A stretch of DNA of 59,742 nt, filler included. It is 3 parts of 3 records of this genome, joined end to end, with 100 filler letters (N's around TTAATTAATTAA, not from the genome) between each part and the next. Parts side by side here need not be neighbours in the genome. Positions count along the whole stretch, not along the records: positions 18,833 to 34,956 come from SRR20825019_1283; positions 35,057 to 59,742 come from SRR20825019_1291; 1 more part is not named here. One strand, given 5' to 3'. Shown here in pieces: positions 34,867-45,494 of the stretch. Each line of letters opens with the position of its first letter. Position 1 is the first letter of the stretch. A model generated the notes under the pieces. The model was given only the letters and a program-made list of their open reading frames with translations, ran no database searches and had not been told where the DNA came from. The position numbers and the translations under genes were made by a program.

Positions 34867-34956
34867 TTTTTAGTCACGATATTGGTCACCCTCCTCGGTA
34901 CTCCCATCAACGGAGGATGGTAGAATTTGCTAGCGGTTTTAACAGAGGATTTATTC

Positions 34957-35056
34957 NNNNNNNNNNNNNNNNNNNNNNNNNNNNNNNNNNNNNNNNNNNN
35001 TTAATTAATTAANNNNNNNNNNNNNNNNNNNNNNNNNNNNNNNNNNNNNNNNNNNN
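34957..35056. other. Artificial contig spacer N44-TTAATTAATTAA-N44
   Basis: Same structure as the first spacer; GC content jumps across it. Confidence 0.99.
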
Positions 35057-36112
35057 CCGCGCTATTGCCCGTCGATTGAAGACAAGATCGTGCGCTTTGC
35101 TGACAAAACCAGCCACCAGATTTTCCTTGAGCCCGAAGGGCTGGATGATGACACGGTTTACCCGAACGGCATTTCCACCAGCCTGCCGGAAGAGGTCCAG
35201 GACGAGCTGATCCGCTCGATTCCGGGCCTCGAGAATGTGCGTATCATCCGCCACGGGTATGCCATCGAGTATGACTGTATAGATCCGCGCGAGTTGAAGG
35301 TGACCCTCGAGACGCGCCGCGCGCCGGGGCTGTATCTCGCGGGTCAGATCAACGGCACCACAGGGTATGAGGAAGCTGCCGCCCAAGGCCTGATGGCGGG
35401 GGTAAACGCCGCGCTCAGGGCAAAGGGTGAGGGCGAGACTTTTGTGCTCGACCGTGCAGACGCCTATATAGGTGTGATGTTAGACGATCTTGTGACCCAG
35501 GGCACCCGCGAGCCTTATCGCATGTTCACCAGCCGGGCGGAGTACCGCTTGCTGCTCCGTGCCGATAACGCCGACCAGCGCCTGACGGGCAAGGGTATTG
35601 CCGTTGGCCTTGTGGGCGACGAACGCGCTGACGCTTATTCACTCAAAAAGGCCGCGCTTGACGCAGGGCACGCGACACTCAAGTCGCTTTCCCTGACACC
35701 CAATGAAGCTGCCAAGGTTGGCATCCAGATCAATCAGGACGGTGTGCGCCGGGATGGGGAAGCATTGCTCGCTTTCTCCACCATCGATTTTGCGCGGCTC
35801 AAAGAAGTGTGGCCTGATACACTCGGCACAGTTGAGCCTACCATCGCACGCCAGCTTGAGATCGATGCCATGTATGCGGGTTATCTGGAGCGGCAGGCGC
35901 AGGACGTGGCAGCGTTCAGGAAAGATGAAGCACTTGAGATTCCGGACGACCTCGATTTTGATACGGTCAACGGGCTCTCCAACGAGATGCGGCAGAAGTT
36001 CACTGAGGCGCGGCCCGCTACTCTTGGGGCGGCGGCGCGTATTGCTGGCGTAACGCCTGCAGCGCTCACCCTGCTTCTTGCCCATGTAAAAAAACGCCGC
36101 CGCGCGGCCTAG
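35057..36112 (+). CDS. mnmG: tRNA uridine 5-carboxymethylaminomethyl modification enzyme MnmG/GidA, 3' part
   Basis: [57 protein letters not shown]. Confidence 0.97.
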   Translation, partial: PRYCPSIEDKIVRFADKTSHQIFLEPEGLDDDTVYPNGISTSLPEEVQDELIRSIPGLENVRIIRHGYAIEYDCIDPRELKVTLETRRAPGLYLAGQINGTTGYEEAAAQGLMAGVNAALRAKGEGETFVLDRADAYIGVMLDDLVTQGTREPYRMFTSRAEYRLLLRADNADQRLTGKGIAVGLVGDERADAYSLKKAALDAGHATLKSLSLTPNEAAKVGIQINQDGVRRDGEALLAFSTIDFARLKEVWPDTLGTVEPTIARQLEIDAMYAGYLERQAQDVAAFRKDEALEIPDDLDFDTVNGLSNEMRQKFTEARPATLGAAARIAGVTPAALTLLLAHVKKRRRAA

Positions 36113-36130
36113 TTCCCGGAACACTTCTAT

Positions 36131-36751
36131 ATGTACGGACCAGATGATCTTGCCCGCGATGTCGATGTTTCACGTGAAACATTGGAGCGGCTGAAGACCT
36201 ATGCGGCCTTGCTCGCCAAATGGCAAAAAGCTAAAAATCTTGTGGCGAACTCGACGCTTGATGCCATGTGGCAACGGCATTTCCTCGATTCGGCCCAGAT
36301 GGCGCCGCACCTTCGGGATGTGTTTGGCGAGCGCAAACTCAGCATGCTTGATATCGGCTCGGGTGCAGGTTTCCCCGGTCTTGTGCTCGCCGCCATGGAG
36401 ATTGGGCACGCGCATATGGTGGAAGCCAACGGCCGCAAGTGTATTTTCATGAACCAGGTTTCACGTGAAACATCGGCTGCGGCCACCATTCATAATGAGC
36501 GAATCGAGGCGATTGAGCCGTTTCCTGTTGATGTTGTCACTTCCCGCGCGTGTGCACGTGTGCTTCAACTCGTGAATTGGGCGGCTCCGTTCCTTGGTGA
36601 GGGTGTAGAAATGTGGCTCCTCAAGGGGGAAGGGGCGGAAGAAGAATTGACCGAAGCGCAAGCTTGTTGGAAGATGGACATCAATCGGTATCAAAGCCTC
36701 TCAGACCCGGCAGGGGTCATCCTCAGGCTTTCAGCGATACAACGGTTGTAA
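36131..36751 (+). CDS. rsmG: 16S rRNA m7G527 methyltransferase RsmG/GidB
   Basis: RHFLDS, LDIGSGAGFPGL, VTSRA, LKG; position in mnmG-rsmG-parAB. Confidence 0.95.
   Translation: MYGPDDLARDVDVSRETLERLKTYAALLAKWQKAKNLVANSTLDAMWQRHFLDSAQMAPHLRDVFGERKLSMLDIGSGAGFPGLVLAAMEIGHAHMVEANGRKCIFMNQVSRETSAAATIHNERIEAIEPFPVDVVTSRACARVLQLVNWAAPFLGEGVEMWLLKGEGAEEELTEAQACWKMDINRYQSLSDPAGVILRLSAIQRL
36166..36181. promoter_or_regulatory. parS: parS site
   Basis: Perfect TGTTTCACGTGAAACA palindrome. Confidence 0.92.
36457..36472. promoter_or_regulatory. parS: parS site
   Basis: GGTTTCACGTGAAACA. Confidence 0.88.
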
Positions 36752-36803
36752 CAGTTCAGATCATGGGTGCGCGGACGTGGGCCCACAAGGGGAGAGTGAC
36801 CGC

Positions 36804-37619
36804 ATGTCGTTGGAAATGCAGTCAAAATCGGGTACGGGGGCGCATATTATCGCAGTAGCCAACCAAAAGGGTGGCGTGGGTAAAACCACAACAACCATCA
36901 ATTTGGCAACAGCAATGGCTGCGGTTAAGAAGCGCGTGCTGATTCTTGATTTGGACCCACAGGGTAACGCCAGCACTGGCTTTGGCATTGACCGCAGTGC
37001 GCGGGAGATCACGTCCTATGACGTGGTGCTTGGTGCAGCGCCGCTTGGGGACGCTATTGTGGTGACCGAAGTGCCGGGCCTCTCGATTGTGGCCTCAACC
37101 GTGGACTTGTCGGGCGCTGACCTTGAGTTGGCTGAGCTGCCGCACCGTAATTTCCGTCTGCGGTATGCGCTTGAGAAAGCCGTCGCGCGGCAGGAATATG
37201 ATTATATCCTCATTGATTGCCCGCCATCCTTGTCGCTCCTCACCATCAACGCGCTTGTTGCTGCCGATTCGGTGCTGGTGCCGCTGCAGTGTGAGTTTTT
37301 TGCGCTTGAGGGCTTGAGCTTGCTGCTCAAAACCATTGAGCAGGTGCGCGGCAGCCTGAACCCACACCTCACGATCAACGGTGTGGTGCTCACAATGTTC
37401 GACAAACGCAATAATCTCTCGGAGCAAGTGGCTGCTGATGTGCGCGATTATCTGGGTGACAAGGTGTACCGCACCGTCATTCCGCGCAATGTGCGGGTGT
37501 CGGAGGCGCCAAGCCACGGCAAACCGGTGCTTCTTTATGATCACCGCTGTGTTGGCAGCCAGGCCTATATAAAACTGGCGCGTGAGTTGCTCGGGCGTGA
37601 CCGCAAAGTTTCTGCATAA
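36804..37619 (+). CDS. parA: Chromosome partitioning ATPase ParA
   Basis: NQKGGVGKTTT, DLDPQGNAS, IDCPPSL, IPRNVRVSEAPSHG. Confidence 0.97.
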   Translation: MSLEMQSKSGTGAHIIAVANQKGGVGKTTTTINLATAMAAVKKRVLILDLDPQGNASTGFGIDRSAREITSYDVVLGAAPLGDAIVVTEVPGLSIVASTVDLSGADLELAELPHRNFRLRYALEKAVARQEYDYILIDCPPSLSLLTINALVAADSVLVPLQCEFFALEGLSLLLKTIEQVRGSLNPHLTINGVVLTMFDKRNNLSEQVAADVRDYLGDKVYRTVIPRNVRVSEAPSHGKPVLLYDHRCVGSQAYIKLARELLGRDRKVSA

Positions 37620-37653
37620 TATTTAATAAAAACAATAGGTTAGATTGTATATC

Positions 37654-38571
37654 ATGAGTAAAGCTGCACGTAAGGGACTGGGTAAAGGGCTGTCTGCTCT
37701 TTTGGGTGATGACCGGCCGGCGTTTGAGGATAGCGATGACGGCATTGCAACGCCTTCGAGCCCGCATTCGGGTCGTCGCCTGCTGCCGATCGAGTTTTTG
37801 GAAAGAAACATAGAGCAGCCGCGCCATCATTTTGATGAAGACGCGCTCGCTGATCTCGCAACTTCCATCAAGCAGAAGGGGCTTTTGCAGCCAATTCTGG
37901 TGCGTGAGCTTGGGCCAAACCAGTATCAGATCGTGGCGGGGGAACGCCGCTGGCGTGCCGCCCAAAAGGCGGGCATCCATGAAGTGCCGGTCGTCGTCAA
38001 GGAACTGACAGACGGCGAAGTGCTTGAGATCGCCATCATCGAGAATATTCAGCGTCAGGACCTGAGCGCCATCGAGGAAGCTATCGCTTATAAAAAGCTG
38101 ATCGAGGAATTTGGTCATACACAGGAAGCAGTTGCGGAAGGTGTTGGCAAAAGCCGCAGCCACGTAACCAACCTGTTGCGCCTCCTTAGCCTGCCTGAAA
38201 AAGTGCAGGTGATGGTGGATGAGAGCAAAATCTCCATGGGTCATGCCCGTGCGCTTATTGGTGCTGAAGACCCGCTCGCGCTCGCAAAACGTATTGTAGA
38301 TGAAGGACTTAGCGTTCGCCAGACAGAAGTGCTTGCAGGGGAAGCCAAGGGCCGTACCCGGCGTGAACCGCGCCCGGGTGGCAGTGGTGGTGCGTCATCT
38401 GCTGGTAAAAAAGACGCGGATACCGTCGCGCTTGAGAAAGACCTTTCCGCAGCAACCGGCATGAAGGTGTCTATCGATCATGAAGGCGAGGGCGGCAAGG
38501 TCACCATCGCTTACGCGACGCTTGAAGAGCTGGACGAGCTTTGCTCAAAACTGGGCGTTTGCGGCTTTTAG
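37654..38571 (+). CDS. parB: Chromosome partitioning protein ParB
   Basis: GLGKGLSALLG, QPR, AGERRWRAA, IENIQRQDL, GKSRSHVTN HTH. Confidence 0.97.
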   Translation: MSKAARKGLGKGLSALLGDDRPAFEDSDDGIATPSSPHSGRRLLPIEFLERNIEQPRHHFDEDALADLATSIKQKGLLQPILVRELGPNQYQIVAGERRWRAAQKAGIHEVPVVVKELTDGEVLEIAIIENIQRQDLSAIEEAIAYKKLIEEFGHTQEAVAEGVGKSRSHVTNLLRLLSLPEKVQVMVDESKISMGHARALIGAEDPLALAKRIVDEGLSVRQTEVLAGEAKGRTRREPRPGGSGGASSAGKKDADTVALEKDLSAATGMKVSIDHEGEGGKVTIAYATLEELDELCSKLGVCGF

Positions 38572-38582
38572 CCCGCTTTCCT

Positions 38583-38680
38583 GTCATGCCCGCGTTCGCG
38601 GGCATCCAGCATTCTCCGTTCTGTGGCTCTGCTCCGATATAGGCCGCTTGCTTGTGGACTCCCGCCTTCGCGGGCGTGAT
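38583..38680. repeat. Alphaproteobacterial REP-like palindromic element (inverted pair)
   Basis: GTCATGCCCGCGTTCGCGGGCATCCA ... TGGACTCCCGCCTTCGCGGGCGTGAT between the convergent parB and gshB. Confidence 0.75.
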
Positions 38681-38691
38681 AGCTGCCTACG

Positions 38692-39639
38692 TTAAAGCTT
38701 GGCCTCAATGGCATCCCAGATATCGGCTTCGAGTTTCACGCCGTCAAACCGGTTTACCGCCTGCAAGCCGGTGGGGGAGGTGACATTGATCTCCGTCAGC
38801 CAGTCGCCAATCACGTCAATGCCCACAAATATCAGCCCGCGCGCCTTCAACTCAGGCTTCAGCCGGTCGCAAATTTCCCTCTCACGCGCTGTCAGCGTTG
38901 AGCGTTCAGCCACACCGCCGACCACCATGTTGGAGCGCACTTCGCCTTCGGCGGGCACACGGTTGATGGCGCCGGCCACCTCACCATCAATCAGGATGAT
39001 GCGTTTGTCACCATGTCTGACCTCAGGCAGGAACTTCTGCACCATCACAGGCTCGCGGCTGCCTTCAAAAAACAGCTCCAGCAAGCTTGAAAGGTTGCTG
39101 TCGTCACCCTTCAGGTGAAACACGCCCGCGCCACCGTTGCCGTAAAGCGGTTTGACGATGATCTCACCATATTTGGCGCGGAAATCCTTCACGTCGCCTG
39201 CATGCCGGGTGATCAGGGTTGGCGGCATAAGGTCTTGAAATTTTGTAACAAAAAGCTTCTCTGGCGCGTTTCTCACCTCACCGGGGTCGTTGACCACAAG
39301 CGTGCGCGGGTGCACAAGCTCCAGCAGGTGGGTCGCGGTGATATAGGCCATGTCAAACGGTGGGTCCTGGCGCATCCACACCACGTCCATGTCCTCAAGG
39401 TCGATAACCTCCGCTTTGCCGTAGCTGAAATGAGCGCCCATTTCGCGCTTCACTGACATCGGGTGGGCGTGGGCAATCACCTTGCCCTCAACATAGCTCA
39501 TGTCTTCCGGCACATAATGCCAAAGCTTGTGTCCTCTGGCTTGCGCTTCAAGGGCAAGAACAAATGTGCTGTCGCCCTGAATGTTGACCCCTTCCATCGG
39601 GTCCATTTGAAAAGCGACTTTAAGCCCTTGTTTCGACAT
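38692..39639 (-). CDS. gshB: Glutathione synthetase
   Basis: [46 protein letters not shown]. Confidence 0.97.
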   Translation of the reverse strand: MSKQGLKVAFQMDPMEGVNIQGDSTFVLALEAQARGHKLWHYVPEDMSYVEGKVIAHAHPMSVKREMGAHFSYGKAEVIDLEDMDVVWMRQDPPFDMAYITATHLLELVHPRTLVVNDPGEVRNAPEKLFVTKFQDLMPPTLITRHAGDVKDFRAKYGEIIVKPLYGNGGAGVFHLKGDDSNLSSLLELFFEGSREPVMVQKFLPEVRHGDKRIILIDGEVAGAINRVPAEGEVRSNMVVGGVAERSTLTAREREICDRLKPELKARGLIFVGIDVIGDWLTEINVTSPTGLQAVNRFDGVKLEADIWDAIEAKL

Positions 39640-39668
39640 GAAAAAACCTCACTGTTAAACGATATTAT

Positions 39669-40040
39669 TTAAAGCATAGCTTGAAGATCAGCCTGCCAGG
39701 CGTCTTTGATATGGGTCGGCCAGCGCGGCCATGCAATGCTTATCACATCAAAGCGAAGTGATTGCTTCAATTTGCGGTGAGTTTGCATCCAGGAAAGTGC
39801 GGCACGTTCGATGCGTTTGCGCTGCCTTGGTGTGACAGCCTCGAGCGCCAAGGCATTGTTTTTGCGCTGTTTTACCTCAACGAAGATAATACGACCGGCC
39901 TTCTCAGCCACAATATCCAACTCGCCATAACGGGTGCGGCACCGGCGCTCGAGAATGCGGTATCCCTTGAGGGATAACAGAACACAGGCAATCGTCTCAG
40001 CCCTGCGTCCGCGTTTCTCCGCCTCCTGCCGCTTTCCCAT
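39669..40040 (-). CDS. yraN: YraN/UPF0102 family endonuclease-like protein
   Basis: GRRAE, GELDIVA, FVEVK, RFDV. Confidence 0.92.
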   Translation of the reverse strand: MGKRQEAEKRGRRAETIACVLLSLKGYRILERRCRTRYGELDIVAEKAGRIIFVEVKQRKNNALALEAVTPRQRKRIERAALSWMQTHRKLKQSLRFDVISIAWPRWPTHIKDAWQADLQAML

Positions 40041-40044
40041 AGGC

Positions 40045-40911
40045 CTAGCCCTTGCCGGTTAGCTCAAGCGCGCGGCTATAGAGCTGCTTTTTGGGTATAT
40101 CGGTCAGCTCCGCCACAAACGCGGCGGCTGATTTCACGCTCATATGTTTGAGCGCGGCGGTGAGCATGGTCTCTGCATCAATCTGCTGGCTGTCTGCCGG
40201 CGCGGTTTTTGAGGGCGGGCCGATCACCACAACAATTTCGCCCTTTGGTGCCCCAGCTTCCGCATAATGAGCGGCGAGAGCGATTAAGTCGCCCCGAACA
40301 ACTTCTTCAAATCGTTTGGTCAGCTCCCGGCATACGGCGGCTTCGCGGTCACCCAGCACCTCGGCCGCGTCGCGCAAACTCTCGGGCAGGCGTTTGGCGC
40401 TTTCATAATACACCAGGCTTGCGGGGATTTGGCGTTCCACGTGAAACCATGTCTGCCGGGCTTTTGATTTGTTGGGCGGGAAACCGAGGAAGAGGAAACG
40501 GTCTGTGGGTAGCCCCGCGAGCGATAGTGCCATGATGGCCGCACAGGGGCCGGGTATGGCGGTGACATAATGGCCGTCGTCCTGCGCTTCCGCCACCAGC
40601 TTGAAACCTGGGTCCGAGATCAGCGGTGTGCCCGCGTCTGATACTAGTGCCACCTTCTTGCCTTCCGCCAACATGGCCAGAAGTTTGGGCCGCTGGACCG
40701 CACCATTATGTTCATGATAGGCCAAAAGCGGTTTTTTGATCAGGTTGGCCGTCAACAGCTTTGCTGTCACGCGCGTATCTTCACAGGCGATGGCATCAAC
40801 CTGACCAAGCACATGTTTTGCCCGCGCGCTGATGTCACCCAAATTGCCAATGGGCGTGGCCACCACGTAAAGCCCCGGTTTAAGGATCTGCTGAGACCCG
40901 AATTCGGCCAT
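40045..40911 (-). CDS. rsmI: 16S rRNA C1402 2'-O-methyltransferase RsmI
   Basis: LYVVATPIGNLGD, CEDTR, VSDAGTPLISDPG, RELTK, PKGEIV. Confidence 0.96.
   Translation of the reverse strand: MAEFGSQQILKPGLYVVATPIGNLGDISARAKHVLGQVDAIACEDTRVTAKLLTANLIKKPLLAYHEHNGAVQRPKLLAMLAEGKKVALVSDAGTPLISDPGFKLVAEAQDDGHYVTAIPGPCAAIMALSLAGLPTDRFLFLGFPPNKSKARQTWFHVERQIPASLVYYESAKRLPESLRDAAEVLGDREAAVCRELTKRFEEVVRGDLIALAAHYAEAGAPKGEIVVVIGPPSKTAPADSQQIDAETMLTAALKHMSVKSAAAFVAELTDIPKKQLYSRALELTGKG
40433..40448. promoter_or_regulatory. parS: parS site within rsmI
   Basis: CGTTCCACGTGAAACC. Confidence 0.75.
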
Positions 40912-41075
40912 TTTTCTCTCCCATTATGGTATCCGAGGCTGATCGACGTTAAAATTATCCGTGTCCCGTGTGGGCGCAGATTTACAGCCGATTGATTTCA
41001 GACTAGGTTCGGCGCTCAGACCAGATAGTGTGAGCCTTCGCCCCTGACCGATATGGGCATCAGATAACACCAAGG

Positions 41076-42452
41076 ATGGATATGGTTGCAAGCCGCTTCT
41101 TCAAACAGTGCAAAGCTTTATGGGCAATAAGCCTGTTGATCTTTGTGGCTGCGTGTGGTGGCCAGACGCCAGCACCGCCGTCGCGCACCAGCCCCGTGCC
41201 CATGCGCCCCGCGCCGGAACGGGATATCGCGGAAAGCACTGAAACCCCGTCGCCGGAAGAGCTGAAAGCAGCGGGTGAGGCCGACAAGATCAAGGTAGCG
41301 ATCCTGTTGCCGCTGAGCGGTGCAGAAGGTATCACCGGAAACGCGCTGTTGCGCGCGGCCACCATGGCGCTTTTTGATGCTTATGACCCCCGGCTTGTGA
41401 TGCTGCCGTTTGATACCAAAGCTGACTATACGGAAAGTGAGCGTGTGGCGGAAATGGCCGTGGAAGCGGGCGCAGATATCGTGCTTGGGCCACTTCTTGG
41501 GCAGAATGTCACGGCGGCGGGCAATGTACTTGCGCGCGCAGGCATCCCTATGATTGGTTTTTCAAATGACCAGAGCGTGGCCGCACCCGGCCGCTATATC
41601 ATTGGGTTCATGCCTGAAAGTGAAGTGCAGCGCGTGGTGGATTATGCGCTTGAGACCGGGCATTCGCGTTTTGCGGCCCTGCTGCCTGAAGGCAAATATG
41701 GTGACCGCGTGCGTATGGCGTTCGGGGAAGCGGTGAGCTTTGGTGGCGGGCGCCTGACCGCGCTTGAAAGTTACCCGCCAAACCCGGAAGCAGTGTTTGA
41801 GCCGGTAAAACGCCTTGGCAATTATGATGAGCGGCGCAAGGCGCTCCGGGACGAGATACGTTTCCTGCGCAGCTTGAATGACGACATGACGGATGAGATC
41901 GCCAACCGGCTTGAAGCGGCAGAAGCGCTGGACCCTGTGCCGTTTGACGCGGTGATCGTGCCTGAGGGCGGCGAGCTTCTGCGCACCGTGGCACCGCTGT
42001 TGCCCTATTATGAGATCGACCCCAATGTGGTGAAACTTCTGGGCACCGGGCTTTGGAACGACGAAAGCATCCTTCGTGAACCGCCACTTCAGAACGCGTG
42101 GTTCGCGGCACCTACACCAGATGCCCCCATCGCGTTCCTCAACAGGTATCAGGAAACCTACGGCGAAGCCGCGCCGCGGCTGGCGTCCATCGCCTATGAT
42201 GCCATGAGCCTTGTGGCAGCCCTTGCGCGTGACGAAACCGTGAAAAAGAAAAACCGTTTTTCTGAAGAGAACCTTACCGCGAGTTTCGGTTTTGTCGGGG
42301 TGGATGGGCTGTTCCGCCTGTTGCCTGACGGCACAAACGAGCGCGCACTCGCCATTGTGGAAGTGCACCGTAAGGGCCTGCAGGTGATCGACCCGGCCGC
42401 AACGGCTTTCCCGGCGTTTGGGTATTCGCTCAGGCGGTCAGCTTCCCAATAA
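41076..42452 (+). CDS. Penicillin-binding protein activator LpoA/LppC-like lipoprotein
   Basis: Lipobox VAAC; VAILLPLSG, LGPLL, AYDA, GFVGVDGLFR; divergent from rsmI as in the conserved locus. Confidence 0.85.
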   Translation: MDMVASRFFKQCKALWAISLLIFVAACGGQTPAPPSRTSPVPMRPAPERDIAESTETPSPEELKAAGEADKIKVAILLPLSGAEGITGNALLRAATMALFDAYDPRLVMLPFDTKADYTESERVAEMAVEAGADIVLGPLLGQNVTAAGNVLARAGIPMIGFSNDQSVAAPGRYIIGFMPESEVQRVVDYALETGHSRFAALLPEGKYGDRVRMAFGEAVSFGGGRLTALESYPPNPEAVFEPVKRLGNYDERRKALRDEIRFLRSLNDDMTDEIANRLEAAEALDPVPFDAVIVPEGGELLRTVAPLLPYYEIDPNVVKLLGTGLWNDESILREPPLQNAWFAAPTPDAPIAFLNRYQETYGEAAPRLASIAYDAMSLVAALARDETVKKKNRFSEENLTASFGFVGVDGLFRLLPDGTNERALAIVEVHRKGLQVIDPAATAFPAFGYSLRRSASQ

Positions 42453-42486
42453 TAACATTGGGGAGCGACCGAGGCCGCGCCACACC

Positions 42487-44136
42487 CTAGTCTGTTACCC
42501 TGATCACGGCATGGGGCCCAGCGGTTGTTTCGCTATAGAGCGTTTTGCCGCTGACATGGTCGAAAACCTCCAGCGTCATCTTGCGGCCATTGCCGCCTCC
42601 GGTCTGCGCCGCGACTTCAAAGTCTTTCATGAGGAAAACTTCAAGGGTAGAGCGGCCTGTCAGGTCATGAGCGGTATAATGGTTGCTCTCCGCACCGCTG
42701 CGAATGCTGATGCCGCCGTCGTTGCCGAGACAGATATAAACCTGCCCAAGGTTACAACTGAAGCGCGCCCGATAAGGGTGATTTTCCGCGATACGTTTGC
42801 GTTCGGCGAGGTCTGCGGCTTCTGCCTGCTGCGCACGTTCCTGTTGTTCCTTGTCGTATGCCTGTCGCCAGGCCGCCGCTTGTGTTGGTGACATATCAAA
42901 CTGCAGCGGCTCGGTTTCAAGCACATGAATTTCGGACTCCGTCGGGGTTTCATCGTCCTGATTGACAAGAACAAACCGGTTCAGGCTCAAGGTACTTTCG
43001 GTGGCTGTAAAACCAGCAAGAAGAGTGGCCGCTTCAAGGTTTCCTTTTGTCTCACGCGCAATATCAAGCGGCACCTTAATATGACCCTCGCCCACAGGTA
43101 CACCGTTACCGGTCTTGATATCGACTAAGAAGCGCTGGTTATCTGCGTCATACCGAATGTTATGGGCCTTGAACGCGCCGGTTGCCATGGCCACGCGGTC
43201 ATCCAGGTCTGCCAGCAGCATGCGCTTTGTTTCATGGGCGCGCTCAGTTGCGTCTTCGTCATAGGCGGTTTTTAATGCCGTAACGCGCTCCTCATACCGC
43301 GCGGTGGTTTCAAACTCGCCCTTTTTCGGTGGCAGAAAGGTGTCCTCAACGGCGTCGTTCGCGCGTTTGATGTGCCAGTCGCTGATTGCCCACTTCATCA
43401 GGTCATTGAGCGTGGTGTCTGGCAGCACTTCAAAGGTTGAACGCATGGTGTTTTGATCGATGATGAAACCCTGTTGCGCACCGGAGAGCAGGGCGGCCAT
43501 GACCTTGTTCTGAAAAACAGACATGGCGGCGTCGCGTTCCGTCTTGGCGTGTGCGGCGGCCTTGGCAGCCAATGCCTTGTCTTCCTCTTGAACGCGGGCG
43601 TCAGCGGCGGCGCGTGCCTCCCGTCGTGCCGCAAGAAATGCCCTGTCTTTCCGTTTGGCCATGGCAACTTCACTGCGTGACATGCTATGGCGCGCAGTCT
43701 CGCGCTCAGCGGTTTGCACAGCATGGTCAATGGCTTCAGCAATCAGTTGGTGTCGCGCCGGTGTCAGCTTGTCAAACTCAACGGCCTCAAACATGCCAAT
43801 GCGGCTGTAGATGGCGAATATGCCTGTACATAGCTCGTTTTGTGTATTGCCGGGGTAATAGTTGGGTATGGCACTGAGCTTCGCCGCCAGCTGTTTTGAG
43901 ATTGCGTCAAACCAGTCTGCAATTTCGGGTGCGTTCTTGCTCCCGCATTTTCTGTTTTCCACACAGGCCGGTGGGAGAATAGCGTCGCGCTCATATCGCT
44001 CGATATCAATGGTGGCTGACTTGCAGGCTTCCGGCACCGGAAAGGCTGCGTGCGATGCGGTGGACACCAAGGCCAAACAAAGAGGGATGGCCGCGAAAAC
44101 TTGTCTGAAACGCATGTTTTTAAACTCCGAACTCAT
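42487..44136 (-). CDS. Hypothetical secreted protein (549 aa)
   Basis: Signal peptide; Cys-containing N-terminus; coiled segments; PKKGEFETTARYEER motif. Confidence 0.75.
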   Translation of the reverse strand: MSSEFKNMRFRQVFAAIPLCLALVSTASHAAFPVPEACKSATIDIERYERDAILPPACVENRKCGSKNAPEIADWFDAISKQLAAKLSAIPNYYPGNTQNELCTGIFAIYSRIGMFEAVEFDKLTPARHQLIAEAIDHAVQTAERETARHSMSRSEVAMAKRKDRAFLAARREARAAADARVQEEDKALAAKAAAHAKTERDAAMSVFQNKVMAALLSGAQQGFIIDQNTMRSTFEVLPDTTLNDLMKWAISDWHIKRANDAVEDTFLPPKKGEFETTARYEERVTALKTAYDEDATERAHETKRMLLADLDDRVAMATGAFKAHNIRYDADNQRFLVDIKTGNGVPVGEGHIKVPLDIARETKGNLEAATLLAGFTATESTLSLNRFVLVNQDDETPTESEIHVLETEPLQFDMSPTQAAAWRQAYDKEQQERAQQAEAADLAERKRIAENHPYRARFSCNLGQVYICLGNDGGISIRSGAESNHYTAHDLTGRSTLEVFLMKDFEVAAQTGGGNGRKMTLEVFDHVSGKTLYSETTAGPHAVIRVTD

Positions 44137-44279
44137 GATACGACAAACAAAAGTTATAGGTCTGTATCATGTTCCGGCAATGCCTTATTGGAAAAATTGC
44201 CCAATGCTCTCCAGCGCGCCCCGCACCTGTGCCGGGTTTTCGAATGTTCGCCGAAATGCCTCGAGCCGTTCCGAACGGG

Positions 44280-45494
44280 TCAGGCGATCAATTTTCCGAT
44301 TATGAAGTTGAGGAGAGGTCGCCCCTTTGGGGTGAGCCTCAACCGGCTCGTGTCCGGCTCAAGGTGCCCGCTTGCTATCAGGTCCTGTTGTGCGTGGGTG
44401 CTCACCACATTCATGACCTTGCCGCCGAACCGGCTTTCAAGAGCCGCTGTTTCGATGCCGTCTGTCAGCCTTAACCCCATCATGATAGCTTCCACCATGC
44501 GGTCGCTCGCATCAATATGCTCCAGCTCCAGCGTGCCGTGGCCAAAACCTTCCACACGCTCAAGCCAGTCTTCCGGGCGTTTCACCTGGGCGTGGGCATA
44601 GGCGGCACCATGGCTGAGTGCCGGGATACGGCCGTGCGCGCCCGGGCCAATGCCAACATAATAGTCCCCGCGCCAATAGCTCAGGTTATGGCGGCTTTCC
44701 TCGCCCGGCCTTGCGTGGTTTGAGGTCTCGTAAGGCGGCAGGCCAGCGGCTGTGGTCAGGTCCGTGGTCAGGTCAAACAGCGCGGCGGCTTCGTCTTCAT
44801 CCGGCAGGGTAAACTTGCCGCGGTGGAACTGGTGATAAAAGGCGGTGCCTTCTTCAATCGTCAGCTGATAAAGCGACAGGTGCGAGGTGGAAAAGGATAA
44901 TGCTTCTGTTAACTCTGCGCGCCAGTCTTCAAGCGATTGATGAGGGCGGGCATAGATGAGGTCAAATGACACTCTATCAAAGTTGTCTTGCGCGACTTTA
45001 AGGGCCTTCAGGGCTTCTTCGGCGCTGTGCAGTCGCCCGAGAAACTTCAGCACATCATTATCAAGTGACTGGATACCAACGGAAATGCGGTTCACGCCAG
45101 CGTCTGCGTAAGCCTTGAAGCGGCCCGCTTCCACGCTTGAGGGGTTGGCCTCAAGCGTGACTTCAATATTGTCCGCAATATCATCCGGGCCCCAATGATG
45201 GCGGATACGCTCTATCACCGCGTGGGTGGTTTCCGGCTCCATCAGGCTTGGGGTGCCACCACCGAAAAAGATCGAGCTGGCTGTCAGGTGCGGGAAGCTG
45301 GATGCGAATGTATCGATCTCGCGCACCAGCGCGTCGCGCCAGCGCTTGTGGCTCACTTCATCGCGCACATGGCTGTTGAAATCACAATAGGGGCATTTTT
45401 TGAGGCAAAAAGGCCAGTGCACATAAATGGCAGCTGGCCCTTTATAGTCGCTCTCTTGTAGCGCTGGCGGCTCAATTGTTTTTAAAGCAGGCAT
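44280..45494 (-). CDS. hemW: Radical SAM heme chaperone HemW
   Basis: [41 protein letters not shown]. Confidence 0.95.
   Translation of the reverse strand: MPALKTIEPPALQESDYKGPAAIYVHWPFCLKKCPYCDFNSHVRDEVSHKRWRDALVREIDTFASSFPHLTASSIFFGGGTPSLMEPETTHAVIERIRHHWGPDDIADNIEVTLEANPSSVEAGRFKAYADAGVNRISVGIQSLDNDVLKFLGRLHSAEEALKALKVAQDNFDRVSFDLIYARPHQSLEDWRAELTEALSFSTSHLSLYQLTIEEGTAFYHQFHRGKFTLPDEDEAAALFDLTTDLTTAAGLPPYETSNHARPGEESRHNLSYWRGDYYVGIGPGAHGRIPALSHGAAYAHAQVKRPEDWLERVEGFGHGTLELEHIDASDRMVEAIMMGLRLTDGIETAALESRFGGKVMNVVSTHAQQDLIASGHLEPDTSRLRLTPKGRPLLNFIIGKLIA

Noticed and set aside
34867-34956. Minus-strand frame with several TGA codons plus a hairpin (possible selenoprotein/SECIS)
   Set aside because: Only ~90 bp at a contig edge with no gene context; another frame is open and the hairpin is imperfect
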